Below are positions 9,586 through 19,259 of a stretch of 64,000 nt of DNA, in pieces. The DNA comes from an uncultured Nitrososphaerota archaeon (GTDB lineage: Archaea; Korarchaeota; Korarchaeia; Korarchaeales; Korarchaeaceae). The stretch covers positions 49,936 through 113,935 of the forward strand of contig CAZUBM010000004.1 in NCBI GenBank assembly GCA_964618805.1, written 5' to 3'. Made by a program: the position numbers and the translations under genes. The notes under the pieces were generated by a model. That model was given only the letters and a program-made list of their open reading frames with translations. It did no database searches and was not told the origin of the DNA. The stretch's first letter is position 1, and each line of letters opens with the position of its first letter.

Positions 9586-10067
9586 GCAGAGCCTTCTAGG
9601 AATCCAACCTCCTTTGCCCTTTGTAACGCTCCAGCAACCATTTCGTATACGCCTAAAAGGGTTTCTCCTCTCTTCTCCAACTCCTTTATCTCATCTAGAC
9701 TCATCCAACACCAATCATCATGCTCTTCAGGAGTTAGTACGGGATCTCCCTCTGCCTTAGAAACGTACAACGGTATCACGAACTGAACGGCAGACCTCTT
9801 GTTTCCATAGGTATATGAATAAGTATCTACTGCAATCATGTCCTTTGGATCTATGCAGAACCCTGTTTCCTCCCTCAGCTCTCTACAAGCTGCATTCCTG
9901 GGGCTCTCCCCAAACCTCATTCTACCACCTGGAAGCTCCCACTTCCCAGGATATCTCTTTCTAAAACCTCTCCGGAGAATCAGAACCTTACCCTGCCCAT
10001 TCAGGATAACAACGCAGGGTACCACCATTACTCTAGCCCTTGAATGATTTGCCCTCCTTTCCCTCAT
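9582..10067 (-). CDS. NUDIX hydrolase
   Basis: Nudix box GGRMRFGESPRNAACRELREETG. Confidence 0.9.
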   Translation of the reverse strand: MRERRANHSRARVMVVPCVVILNGQGKVLILRRGFRKRYPGKWELPGGRMRFGESPRNAACRELREETGFCIDPKDMIAVDTYSYTYGNKRSAVQFVIPLYVSKAEGDPVLTPEEHDDWCWMSLDEIKELEKRGETLLGVYEMVAGALQRAKEVGFLEGSA

Positions 10068-10480
10068 ATTAAAGAGCGCCTCTCCTCAGGAGGTTTTGCG
10101 TAGATAACATCAATAATCATTGGTGCCCCGCAGGCGGGGCATGGCTTATCCCACCTCTTCCCTACATACTCCCCTTCTTTAAACTCCCTTTCTGACTTGA
10201 AATTGCACTTCAAACATCTGACTAATGTCATATATTTCCATTTTGGCCCCTTTATTCCTCTGATTGCTTTAATAACATCAATAGATGTCTTTATTGCTAT
10301 CCCTATCCCCATTACCCCAGCAAATACTTTGAATAGAGAGTTAGTGTTTCCAATGTTGCCTTTCTTTAGTTCATGCCAAATCATCCATGTTGAAAAGAGG
10401 ACAAGTGCTCCTACTAGCGATATCCAAAAGAAATACCATCCCATGCTTATCCTAGCTTCCCCTTCCTTCTTAGCTGGCAA
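10064..10480 (-). CDS. Membrane protein with C-terminal zinc ribbon
   Basis: Two TM helices plus CLKC...CPAC; overlaps neighbouring genes in operon fashion. Confidence 0.7.
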   Translation of the reverse strand: MPAKKEGEARISMGWYFFWISLVGALVLFSTWMIWHELKKGNIGNTNSLFKVFAGVMGIGIAIKTSIDVIKAIRGIKGPKWKYMTLVRCLKCNFKSEREFKEGEYVGKRWDKPCPACGAPMIIDVIYAKPPEERRSLI

Positions 10481-11627
10481 CTCTAGAGACCTCCAACCTG
10501 TTACCTATTCCTGCTGAGTTACCAACGCCGACAACTATGACGTAGTCACCCTCAGAAGTCCTTTGGAGTATTGCTTCTTTAACCCTTTCAACTACCTCAT
10601 CTGCCTTGCTTGCAATCTGCTTTGTCATTGCAGCAACAGCTTCTGCAAAGTCTTCCTTGATAACGATGGCATCCAGAGGAATCCCATACTTAGTGGCAAT
10701 CTCCTCTATCTTCCACCTCTCCACCCCTATTCCTCCTATGGCTGCTCCTACTCCTTCAGCAATTTCCCCTGTTTTCTCTCCCTCTAGCTTCAAAGCAGCG
10801 TCTATCATGACTATTCTGTTGACATTTCCCGCTCTCGATTCTATAATCCTCTTAAGTGCTTCTCCCGGCTTCCCTACCTCACCACCAGGCCCTTTTGCTT
10901 TGAGAACGAGTACACGCCTTCCCTCTATATCAAGTTCAGCCCCAACTACGTTCTCTCCAAAATCTATTATCTTTGAATCTCCTATCAACTTGAGAGCAAC
11001 TAACGGGCCAATTCCATCTCCCATCGGCAAGCCCAGCTTTGAGGCATCAACAGACATCCTCCAGGCTCTGGCCATCCTCATTATCTCCGGGAGCTGCATT
11101 TGTATCTGGGCTATGTATATCATGTTTTGCGTCTTCTTACCTAAAACGAAGAAGTGCCTAACTACCCTAAAGATAAAATCTAGTGTTATTGTGCTCTCCA
11201 ACAGGTCTCTCAAGTTAGCAAGTGCGATGTCATCAGAGGCTGGAGCGACCTCCTTTATGAAGAAATTTAACCTATCTTCTCTGTTCCTTACGATATGATC
11301 GAGCTTCAAGACAGCACCAGCAGGATCAAGGGTTGCAGGTACTATCATGAAAAATCCAATAAAACGCTCTAAAGCCTTCTTTATTACTTCCTTCTCCCTT
11401 CCATACTTAGAAGCTGTTTCAACGAACTCTCTTTCAGCTTCAAGCCTGAATCTATTTAGTTGATCTAAGGCCCTACCGATCTGTCCCATCCAGACCTGTA
11501 TCTGTAATTTGCTTGCGTAAAAATTCAGAATAACCATAAATATCAAAAAGACCATCCATGAAAGCCAATCATCCATATTCTGCTGTAGCATAGCAAGCAT
11601 ACTCATCACAGCTGAGAAACCAATCAT
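10470..11627 (-). CDS. DUF1512 family protein
   Basis: P.GDGIGPLVA, KAKGPGGEVG, MIDAALKLEGEKTG, GVGNSAGIG motifs. Confidence 0.85.
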   Translation of the reverse strand: MIGFSAVMSMLAMLQQNMDDWLSWMVFLIFMVILNFYASKLQIQVWMGQIGRALDQLNRFRLEAEREFVETASKYGREKEVIKKALERFIGFFMIVPATLDPAGAVLKLDHIVRNREDRLNFFIKEVAPASDDIALANLRDLLESTITLDFIFRVVRHFFVLGKKTQNMIYIAQIQMQLPEIMRMARAWRMSVDASKLGLPMGDGIGPLVALKLIGDSKIIDFGENVVGAELDIEGRRVLVLKAKGPGGEVGKPGEALKRIIESRAGNVNRIVMIDAALKLEGEKTGEIAEGVGAAIGGIGVERWKIEEIATKYGIPLDAIVIKEDFAEAVAAMTKQIASKADEVVERVKEAILQRTSEGDYVIVVGVGNSAGIGNRLEVSRVAS

Positions 11628-11896
11628 CTTCCCTAAGCCACCTTAACAGCCTTTTAAATAACTCGGTTGATCTTCCTACGTCAAAGAAATCAAATTTTGT
11701 CTTTATAAAATATTTCATGAAGTCCCAAAACCAAGCATAAGGGCTCTTCTCAAATGCCCTAAAATAGAATAGCCAGAAACCCTCAGTTACTAGCTGACTG
11801 AAATTTCCACCAATTCATGCTTGAAATTTTGTCCATCAGATGTCTTAACTCAATTATTTTCAGTAAAAGCCTTTAGAAAAACTCTAAAAATGGAAG

Positions 11897-11989
11897 CGGG
11901 CCCGGCGGGATTCGAACCCGCGACTTCCGGGTTTCCCCGTGCTTATTTACATAAAAGCCCGGCGCTCTACCATGCTGAGCTACGGGCCC
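11897..11989 (-). tRNA. tRNA-Lys(TTT) with 19-nt intron at canonical position 37/38 (intron 11933-11951)
   Basis: GGGCCCGTAGCTCAGCATGGTAGAGCGCCGGG-CTTTTA-[TGTAAATAAGCACGGGGAA]-ACCCGG-AAGTCGCGGGTTCGAATCCCGCCGGGCCCG; full cloverleaf, CCA not encoded; TATA-like TTTATGTA at 12011-12018. Confidence 0.95.
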
Positions 11990-12123
11990 AGCAACTTCTA
12001 TACTTTGAAGTACATAAATTTTGGTGTGTTTGAACTCTAATCTCTGCGCTCATTTGATTGTTATGTAAATCTTTTTTAATAATGAAATTATGCAAACATG
12101 ATTCAAACTAAAGGGGAATTAAA

Positions 12124-12633
12124 ATGCAGAGACGACGAGGTATCGGGGATAAGGAGATCAAAGTTTTGAGAATGTTAGTAGAGGATGGTAGGATCACCTA
12201 TACCGGTATAGCGAAGAAATTGGGCATGAGTCCTGCGGGAGTGATGAAAAAGGTCAGAAAACTAGAGGAATTTGGCATAATCAAGGGCTATACAGCCATC
12301 GTAGATCATGCTAAGCTTAGAAAGCCTTACAAGTACGTAATTATGATAAAAACAGAGCCTGGCAAACACCTTGATGTAGCTAAATCGATACATGAGGATA
12401 TGAAGGAGAGCGTGCTGGAAGTACACACGATAACAGGACCATATGACGTGATAGTTAAGCTACTGGCTGGGAACAGTGAGGAACTGAATGAGCTTTTAAA
12501 GAAACTTCATAGAATAGAAGGAGTGAGGGAAACGAACACTTCCCTAATATTGGAGACCATAGAAGAGAGGCCCTCAGTGGTGCCCGAAGATATTCATCTC
12601 CCAATTCTAACTAGAGAATCAAGAGAAGAATGA
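12124..12633 (+). CDS. Lrp/AsnC family transcriptional regulator
   Basis: N-terminal HTH (DGRITYTGIAKKLGMS...GIIKGY) and RAM domain (ITGPYD). Confidence 0.9.
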   Translation: MQRRRGIGDKEIKVLRMLVEDGRITYTGIAKKLGMSPAGVMKKVRKLEEFGIIKGYTAIVDHAKLRKPYKYVIMIKTEPGKHLDVAKSIHEDMKESVLEVHTITGPYDVIVKLLAGNSEELNELLKKLHRIEGVRETNTSLILETIEERPSVVPEDIHLPILTRESREE

Positions 12634-12642
12634 ATTTTCGGA

Positions 12643-13629
12643 TTAGAGGAAAGTCCAATCCTTTCCTAGCGGAGCAGCCTTAACGTTAAGCTTCATTCTT
12701 AAGTAAGAAGTAAGGTCGTTTGAGAAGCCAAACACGGTGTAAACCTGCCTAGCCTTAGACCTCCTAACGATCTCTAAGAGACCATTAAAGTCGGCATGAG
12801 AGCTTAGCGGAAATGCTCTATGAACTCTCTTTGGTCTTAAGATCAGTGCCCAACCTGTTGCTATAGCCAACTTGCTTCCATCTATTAGAACGTTAGAACA
12901 TGGGCCTTTAACAACTGCAGACCTAAAGTCCTCTATCTCCTGAAGTCTCTCATAGCTTAGTTCGAAGAAAGGTTTGCAGACCGAACTCATCCTTTCAACC
13001 TCCTCGGTAACGAGGACCTTAAGCCTTGTTGCTTTGTTCAAAAGAGCTATGATCTCTTGGGCCTTTCCCAAGGGATATACGGAGAAGATGGGTATTGAAC
13101 CCTCAGAGACAACTGAAAGGGTCCATTCTACTATTTTTGCCCTAACAAGGTCTTGATCAGGAAATCTGAATTTTGGGTTCCCATAAGTTGATTCTATTAT
13201 TAAGACATCTGCTTCAGGAACTTCTGCAGGGCCTTCTACAGCCAACCCTCCTCTAGGATTCACATCACCGGTATATAGTATCCTATATCTCCCCTTCTCC
13301 AACAAAAACATGGCTGAACCTGGTACATGCCCTGCAATAAGGGGAGTGACCCTGAATTGGTCAATTTCTATCTCTTTTCCGAAGTCAGAAAGGACTAAAG
13401 ATTCCTTAGGAGCTTGAAAAACGGATTCTAATGCTTTCCCAGTGATGGTAGTTGCTATCATTTCTGACTTTGGATTTCTAACATCTCTAGGGACATGATC
13501 GGAGTGTGCATGAGTTATTAGAGCCGTAACTCCACTAAGAGTTCTTCTTGGGTCCATGATGATCCTAGATCCATTTGAAACCTCTATTCCATTGTTCCAC
13601 CTAAGTTTCATGCCCTTAGTCTTTCCCAT
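12643..13629 (-). CDS. MBL-fold beta-CASP nuclease (COG1236-like)
   Basis: THAHSDH, AGHVPGS, YTGD, IESTYG, SSHADF motifs. Confidence 0.85.
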   Translation of the reverse strand: MGKTKGMKLRWNNGIEVSNGSRIIMDPRRTLSGVTALITHAHSDHVPRDVRNPKSEMIATTITGKALESVFQAPKESLVLSDFGKEIEIDQFRVTPLIAGHVPGSAMFLLEKGRYRILYTGDVNPRGGLAVEGPAEVPEADVLIIESTYGNPKFRFPDQDLVRAKIVEWTLSVVSEGSIPIFSVYPLGKAQEIIALLNKATRLKVLVTEEVERMSSVCKPFFELSYERLQEIEDFRSAVVKGPCSNVLIDGSKLAIATGWALILRPKRVHRAFPLSSHADFNGLLEIVRRSKARQVYTVFGFSNDLTSYLRMKLNVKAAPLGKDWTFL

Positions 13630-13676
13630 CTCAATCTTTTTATTCCTTCTGTTCTAGCTCAAGCAGGGGGAACATC

Positions 13677-13844
13677 ATGAGCAAGAGGAAGAGAAGAAGG
13701 GAATTCATGCCAATGTCTACAGCTGGTATCTTGACTTTCAGCCAAGAGAGCTCTGAAGGGTTAATAGTGCCTAAGTGGTTTCCAGTGGCCTTATCAGCGT
13801 CTCTTGCTGTGGCAATAATGGTTCTTCACCTAGTTATGGCCTGA
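13677..13844 (+). CDS. secG: Preprotein translocase subunit Sec61beta (archaeal SecG)
   Basis: Below ORF-track cutoff. Manual translation MSKRKRRREFMPMSTAGILTFSQESSEGLIVPKWFPVALSASLAVAIMVLHLVMA (55 aa): basic N-terminus, AG(I/L)xxF motif, one C-terminal TM; GGGGG RBS. Confidence 0.8.
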   Translation: MSKRKRRREFMPMSTAGILTFSQESSEGLIVPKWFPVALSASLAVAIMVLHLVMA

Positions 13845-13853
13845 GGTGAGCCT

Positions 13854-14150
13854 TTGCTGATATCAGAGGCAGAGAAAATAATCAAAGATACTTATGAAAA
13901 GCGAGATAAGAGAAGAGGAGTTCCTTTAACCTTCCTTCACCTTGTTGAAGAGGTAGGGGAGCTTGCTAGATCTTTAAGGAATAAGGATAGAGAACAAATA
14001 GGAAGAGAGCTAGCAGACGTTTTTGCCTGGCTACTCAGCGTGTCATATCTCTTGGAAATAGATCTAGAAAAGGAATTTGTTCGATATTATGGGAAAGGCT
14101 GCCCTAAGTGCGGAAGCATTCCTTGTAAGTGTCCCCCTCTGGAGGGATAG
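13854..14150 (+). CDS. MazG-like nucleotide pyrophosphohydrolase
   Basis: LVEEVGELA...ELADVFAWL; C-terminal CPKC..PCKC. Confidence 0.85.
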   Translation: MLISEAEKIIKDTYEKRDKRRGVPLTFLHLVEEVGELARSLRNKDREQIGRELADVFAWLLSVSYLLEIDLEKEFVRYYGKGCPKCGSIPCKCPPLEG

Positions 14151-14156
14151 GCCGAT

Positions 14157-14726
14157 ATGCGGTTTCTTAAATTCCCACTTGATGAGACCATTCCTACAGC
14201 CATAAAGTTGGCCTCCAAAGTGAGGGAGAGCGGATTCTTTCCAGACATTATTGTAGCCATAAGCAGGGGAGGACTAGTCCTTGGAAGACTTCTTAGCGAT
14301 CTTCTCAACGTCTCAGATTTGAGAACGATTAGAATTAGGAGATATAAGGGGGTAGAGGAGGCCGGGGAGCTGAAGATAGACATACCTGTGTTAGAGAGGT
14401 TGGATGGAAAAAGTGTTTTGATAGTAGATGATGTAGCAGATATGGGAGATACATTACTAGCTGCAATTGAACACATAGAACAGCTGGGAGCAAAGGAGGT
14501 TAAGACTCTAACCATTCATTACAAACCTTGGTCGAGGGTAAGGCCAGACTTTTTTATCCAAAAGACTGAAAGCTGGGTAGTGTATTGGTGGGAGTATGCC
14601 GAAACCGCAAGGTCCCTCTTCTCTAAACTATCTGAGGGGGAAGCTGACAAAGAAAAATTGCTCCGTAAGCTTGAAAGGGATGCTGGTATACCAGAGGAGG
14701 TGATTAATTGGCTGGGACTAAAGTGA
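14157..14726 (+). CDS. Type I phosphoribosyltransferase (purine salvage-like)
   Basis: AISRGG, VLIVDDVADMGDTL (PRPP loop), WVVYWWE. Confidence 0.85.
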   Translation: MRFLKFPLDETIPTAIKLASKVRESGFFPDIIVAISRGGLVLGRLLSDLLNVSDLRTIRIRRYKGVEEAGELKIDIPVLERLDGKSVLIVDDVADMGDTLLAAIEHIEQLGAKEVKTLTIHYKPWSRVRPDFFIQKTESWVVYWWEYAETARSLFSKLSEGEADKEKLLRKLERDAGIPEEVINWLGLK

Positions 14727-16255
14727 GCACTCACGAAGTCTTCCAGAGCGTTATGGAGATAGCTCAAAGAAGGGGGTTCTTTTGGCCAGCTGCAAGAGAT
14801 CTGTACTCAGAGGCTCCTGCAGGATTTTGGATATACGGTCCCTTAGGCGTCAAGATCAAGAATAAAATCGTTCAAGCTTGGAGAAATTGGATTCTTAAGC
14901 CTGAAAAGGCCTATGAGATAGAGACTCCTTCTCTCTTACCCTTAACCATATTCAAGGCATCTGGTCACCTAGAACATTTCTTTGATAAGCTGGTTGAGTG
15001 CAATCAATGCCATACGAGATGGAGAGCAGACGAACTGCTGGAAGATAGGCTTAACATGCGAGGTCTTGAGGCAGCTTCTGAGCAAGAGCTTAAGAAGTTG
15101 CTAATTGAGCACGAGATAAGGTGTCCAAAGTGCGGAGCCTTTAACTGGTCAGATGTAGGGAGGTTTAATCTCATGTTCCTAACAGCGGCCGGAGCAGAGG
15201 CAGGAGAGCCAAACATGGGCCTTAGACCCGAGACTACGCAAGGAAGTGCGGTTGAATTTAGAAGATGTTATATGGTGATGCGTGGGAAGCTTCCCTTCAT
15301 AATAGCCCAGCTTGGTCACGTGTTCAGAAACGAAATAAGCCCAAGAAGAGGATTAATAAGGATGAGGGAGTTTCAGCAGTTGGAAGTACATGTTTTCTTC
15401 GATCCAGAGGACATCTCTCCATATGACAAGAAGTTAGAACCCCATTTAGACTACAAACTTAGGTTTCTGAAGTTAGATGATGCTGAAACTGGAAAAATAG
15501 GGGAAATACCTGCAAGAGAAGCACTTAAGAGTGGATACACGATAAACGAGCTTATCACATATTGGTTAGTCTTATATCAAAGATTCTTTAACGAGGTACT
15601 TGGATTCCCCCTTAAGAAGCTCAGATATAGGGAATTGGGGCCTGATGAGAGGGCTCACTATGCCTCAGCTCACTGGGACTTGGAGGTCTATTCCGAGGAG
15701 ATGGGGTGGGTAGAACTAGTTAATAATGCCTATAGAACTGACTATGATCTGAAAGGACATTCAAGAGAGAGTGGAGTTGATTTGACCGTCCAAACAGATG
15801 GAAAAAAGGTTCTTCCACACCTTTATGAGCCCTCAATTGGCTTGGATAGGACGATATTCTTCGAGCTCCTTCTCTCCTTTAGAAAGGGTGATAGGGTTTG
15901 GATGCAGCTGCCTAGGAATATAGCCCCATTTGATGCAGCAGTTTTTCCACTGTTATCAAAAGAGGATCTGATAAAGAAGGCTAAAGAAGTGGAAAAGCTT
16001 CTATCTAAGGATTTTGAGGTTTTCTATGACGATAAAGGATCCATTGGCAGAAGATATAGGAGGATGGATGAGGTGGGAACGCCTGCATGCATTACAATAG
16101 ACTATCAGACGTTGGAGGATGAAACAGTGACGTTAAGGGACAGGGATACCATGCAGCAGATCAGAGTTGAAATAGAAGATCTGCCTAAGAACCTGAGAGA
16201 ATTCCTTTCTGGAGCAAGATTGGAGGAATTGGGAGAAATCATAGGTCAGAAGTAG
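14708..16255 (+). CDS. glyS: Glycine--tRNA ligase (alpha2 type)
   Basis: LRPETTQG, FRNEISPRRGLIRMREF, EPSIGLDR motifs; anticodon-binding domain SIGRRYRRMDEVG. Confidence 0.95.
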   Translation: MAGTKVSTHEVFQSVMEIAQRRGFFWPAARDLYSEAPAGFWIYGPLGVKIKNKIVQAWRNWILKPEKAYEIETPSLLPLTIFKASGHLEHFFDKLVECNQCHTRWRADELLEDRLNMRGLEAASEQELKKLLIEHEIRCPKCGAFNWSDVGRFNLMFLTAAGAEAGEPNMGLRPETTQGSAVEFRRCYMVMRGKLPFIIAQLGHVFRNEISPRRGLIRMREFQQLEVHVFFDPEDISPYDKKLEPHLDYKLRFLKLDDAETGKIGEIPAREALKSGYTINELITYWLVLYQRFFNEVLGFPLKKLRYRELGPDERAHYASAHWDLEVYSEEMGWVELVNNAYRTDYDLKGHSRESGVDLTVQTDGKKVLPHLYEPSIGLDRTIFFELLLSFRKGDRVWMQLPRNIAPFDAAVFPLLSKEDLIKKAKEVEKLLSKDFEVFYDDKGSIGRRYRRMDEVGTPACITIDYQTLEDETVTLRDRDTMQQIRVEIEDLPKNLREFLSGARLEELGEIIGQK

Positions 16256-16271
16256 ACTTTGGCAGGGAAAT

Positions 16272-17213
16272 TTGATGACTAACATTATCATTACCCATAA
16301 GGATGTAGACGGTATTGCCAGCGGAGCCATAGTTTTAAGGAAGATAGGGGATGCAAGGATCAAGTTTGCAAGCCCTAGATCCATAGCTAGAGTGCTCTCT
16401 GGTATTCCTGAGAATAGCGATGAGATTTACATTTTAGATATAGCTGTGAACTCCTCTACACTTCATGAAATAGCAAATGAGCTGTCAAGGCTTAAAAGGA
16501 GCGGTAGAAAGATCACATGGATAGATCACCACCCTTGGCCAAAGGGGGCCAAAGAGCTGCTTAGCAAGTACGTTGATATGTTAGTCGTTGAAATAAGTCC
16601 AAGTGCTGCAAGCCTTGTTAAGAGAATATTTGCTTCTGATGACCAAGTTTGTGAGAAGATAGCTCTGATAGGAGACGATGCAGACACCGGAAAGTATAGC
16701 ATGGAACTCTCAAACATGTACTATTGGGTGGCCAGAGATCCAGGAAGACGTCTCTATCTACTTAGAACTCTGGCCGAGGGCAACTTTGAGGACGAAAAGG
16801 TTAGAAAATGGGCTAAGGAGCAGAAAAAGAGGGACCAGAAACTGCTGGAGGAGATTATAAGCAAAGCAGTTGAAATAAGGTTTACTAAGTCAGGGAAGAG
16901 GTATGCTCTAATTGATTTAAGGCCAAAAGGAGGGCCAGGTACTGCGATTGCAAGGGAATTGGCCAAAAGAGAGGGAATAGATTTCTCATTAGTATTATAC
17001 TCCTGTGATGGTGGCTTTGGCCTATATAGAGGAAAGGGAGACGTGAAGCTGAAGAAAATATGCGAGCTATACAAGGGAGGAGGGCATGAATATGCCTGTG
17101 GGGGAAAGCTAAGGTTTAATTTCATCGAAAGAATTCTATGTACGATATTTGGAAGGAGATATAGACCAAGGAATGTGAAAAATCTCATAAGACAGGTAGA
17201 AGAAACGATTTAA
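16272..17213 (+). CDS. DHH/DHHA1 family phosphoesterase
   Basis: THKDVDG, ILDI, WIDHH, GGGHEYACG motifs. Confidence 0.85.
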   Translation: MMTNIIITHKDVDGIASGAIVLRKIGDARIKFASPRSIARVLSGIPENSDEIYILDIAVNSSTLHEIANELSRLKRSGRKITWIDHHPWPKGAKELLSKYVDMLVVEISPSAASLVKRIFASDDQVCEKIALIGDDADTGKYSMELSNMYYWVARDPGRRLYLLRTLAEGNFEDEKVRKWAKEQKKRDQKLLEEIISKAVEIRFTKSGKRYALIDLRPKGGPGTAIARELAKREGIDFSLVLYSCDGGFGLYRGKGDVKLKKICELYKGGGHEYACGGKLRFNFIERILCTIFGRRYRPRNVKNLIRQVEETI

Positions 17214-17953
17214 ATCGATTCAAAGTATTGTTCAAGACTAGCTCTCTTCGCTAGCTTTACGATGACTATATCCCTCCAAACCGGGAAGGAGACGTTTAAT
17301 ATTTCAATATTCCACATAGCCGCCCTTTTACTTCCGTTATGGGCATGAGCGTGAATCACAAGGTCAGGCCTAGTAGCCTCGATCACCTTTTCGTAGCCTC
17401 TATGACCAAGCTGAGGCCATATACTCCTGTACTCCCCAAACAACGTTTTAAATGTGGGTGCATAATGCATCAACAAGACCTTAATGTCTGTATCGAGCTC
17501 CCGAAGGAGTTTCCCAACCTTCTTTATTCTGTTCTCATAAACCTCCTTTATCCCTGGCATGTGTCTTTCTTGCCACGTTGTAGGCTGTTCTAGGCTACCC
17601 TTTGTCCCTACGATTCCTAAGCTCATCCCCTTAATTTCAAACTTAACAAATTCGTCGTCCAGAAAAGTAATTACATCGCCAAACTCCTCTCTAAGTTTGT
17701 CGTGCGTCTCTTCATATTCCTCATTTCCAAATATGGCTACTACTCTCTCAGTTTCGAGCTGAGAGATCGCTTCAATTGTAGGGGCGTACCACTTCACATT
17801 TCCCTTGTTAATAAGGTCTCCCGCCAACAAAACGATGTCTGGCTTATCCTTAACTCTTTTTATCGCTTCTTTCAAGGCCTCAAGGTACTTAGGCGAGTGG
17901 ATATCTGCAGTTGAGGCTATAATAATGCTCCTTTTGCTAGATATTTCCCTCAA
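17210..17953 (-). CDS. Calcineurin-like metallophosphoesterase
   Basis: ADIH, AGDL, FGNEE, HAHAH motifs. Start placed at TTG 17953 because the track start (18037) overlaps the divergent gene. Confidence 0.8.
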   Translation of the reverse strand: MREISSKRSIIIASTADIHSPKYLEALKEAIKRVKDKPDIVLLAGDLINKGNVKWYAPTIEAISQLETERVVAIFGNEEYEETHDKLREEFGDVITFLDDEFVKFEIKGMSLGIVGTKGSLEQPTTWQERHMPGIKEVYENRIKKVGKLLRELDTDIKVLLMHYAPTFKTLFGEYRSIWPQLGHRGYEKVIEATRPDLVIHAHAHNGSKRAAMWNIEILNVSFPVWRDIVIVKLAKRASLEQYFESI

Positions 17954-18026
17954 CCCCCAACTAGGAAAGTTGGATATGAGAAAACTTAAAAGGGGATCTA
18001 TGCTATTTGCTTCCCATTGATGAGCC

Positions 18027-18242
18027 TTGCCTAACATAGTTTGTCCATCGTGCAGTACGATTATCTATATGGAAGAAGATGATTATGATGGGGAGATGAC
18101 CTGTCCTGAGTGCGGTGCCCTGCTCTACGTCGTTATAACGGGTCATATAGTAGAAAAAGTGGAGTTATTGGGTGAGGGATTCGAAGGAGAGGAATGGGAA
18201 GAAGACCTAGAAACTTGGACAGAAAAAGAGGAGGAATGGTGA
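18027..18242 (+). CDS. Small zinc-ribbon acidic protein, LysW-like
   Basis: CPSC...CPECGALL plus a very acidic tail ending EEEW. Confidence 0.6.
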   Translation: MPNIVCPSCSTIIYMEEDDYDGEMTCPECGALLYVVITGHIVEKVELLGEGFEGEEWEEDLETWTEKEEEW

Positions 18243-18263
18243 GGGCTTAAACCCTTTAAACCC

Positions 18264-19259
18264 TTAAACGTTCTTTGCCCTACTTAAGATGATTTCCCAG
18301 TTCTCATCAACGAGTTCCTGGAATTTGTCCAGCATCCATTTGTTATCTGGGAGAAACATGTGCCTAAACCTTCCTTGAAGCTTCAGGTACTCTATAACTG
18401 GTTTCTTCCTGTCAGGATTCTTAGCTATAGTAAGACTGGGTCCTGTCAAGTACCACTCTGAGTTTATCACTTCATATAGCGGGAAGAAGCAGGTTTCAAC
18501 TGCAAGCCTTGAAAGCTTGATGGTGTCCTTGGTATCTGTCCTCCATCCTCTTGGACAGACCCCAAAGGCGTGAATGAACGCTGGTCCCTCGGTCTCAAGC
18601 CCCTTGCGGAACTTCTTCAGAGAATCTACCCAGTAAGCTGGAGAAACCGTGGCTGCATAAGGGATTCTGTGAGCTACTACTATGTCAACGATTGGCTTTT
18701 TAGTAAGGGGCTTCCCCTTTATTTTACTTCCCACAGGCGTCGTAGTGGTCCAAGCCCCGAAGGGAGTACCACCGCTCCTCTGAATTCCTGTGTTCATGTA
18801 GGCCTCATTATCGTAGAGGACGTATAGGAAGTTATGCCATCTCTCCAGAGCTCCTGAAAGGGCCTGAATACCTATGTCATAGGTGCCCCCATCTCCAGCC
18901 AGGGCCACCACATCGTAATTAGTATCGATATCTTGAGCGTCAGAAAATCTCTTAGCTCTCTGCAACTTGTTCCTGCCTGCATCTATCCCTGAGGCAACTG
19001 CAGCAGCGTTCTCAAATGCTACGTGCATCCAAGGTATCTCCCAAGATGTGTATGGGAATATCGTTGTCACTACCTCCATGCATCCAGTAGCATTTACGAT
19101 AACGATTGGCCTCCTTCTAGCCATCATGATGTGCCTTAGCACTATGGCACAACCACAACCAGCGCAAGCTCTATGACCTGGCAGAATTCCTGGGTTTTCT
19201 TTCATGAACTTAGGAAGCTGCTTAATGTTAGGTACAAATCCTTTGGCCATATGCTTCAC
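18264..19259 (-). CDS. porB: Pyruvate/2-oxoacid:ferredoxin oxidoreductase beta subunit
   Basis: GHRACAGC, ATGCMEV, GDGG...YDNEAYMNTG (TPP-binding). Confidence 0.92.
   Translation of the reverse strand: MKHMAKGFVPNIKQLPKFMKENPGILPGHRACAGCGCAIVLRHIMMARRRPIVIVNATGCMEVVTTIFPYTSWEIPWMHVAFENAAAVASGIDAGRNKLQRAKRFSDAQDIDTNYDVVALAGDGGTYDIGIQALSGALERWHNFLYVLYDNEAYMNTGIQRSGGTPFGAWTTTTPVGSKIKGKPLTKKPIVDIVVAHRIPYAATVSPAYWVDSLKKFRKGLETEGPAFIHAFGVCPRGWRTDTKDTIKLSRLAVETCFFPLYEVINSEWYLTGPSLTIAKNPDRKKPVIEYLKLQGRFRHMFLPDNKWMLDKFQELVDENWEIILSRAKNV

Noticed and set aside
10606-11298. 230-aa plus-strand ORF, and the many similar antisense ORFs across the window
   Set aside because: Opposite well-supported genes; Ser/Ile/Leu/Pro-rich shadow composition with no motifs.
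11821-12033. 70-aa ORF (AGPAGFEPAT)
   Set aside because: Translation of the tRNA-Lys antisense strand.
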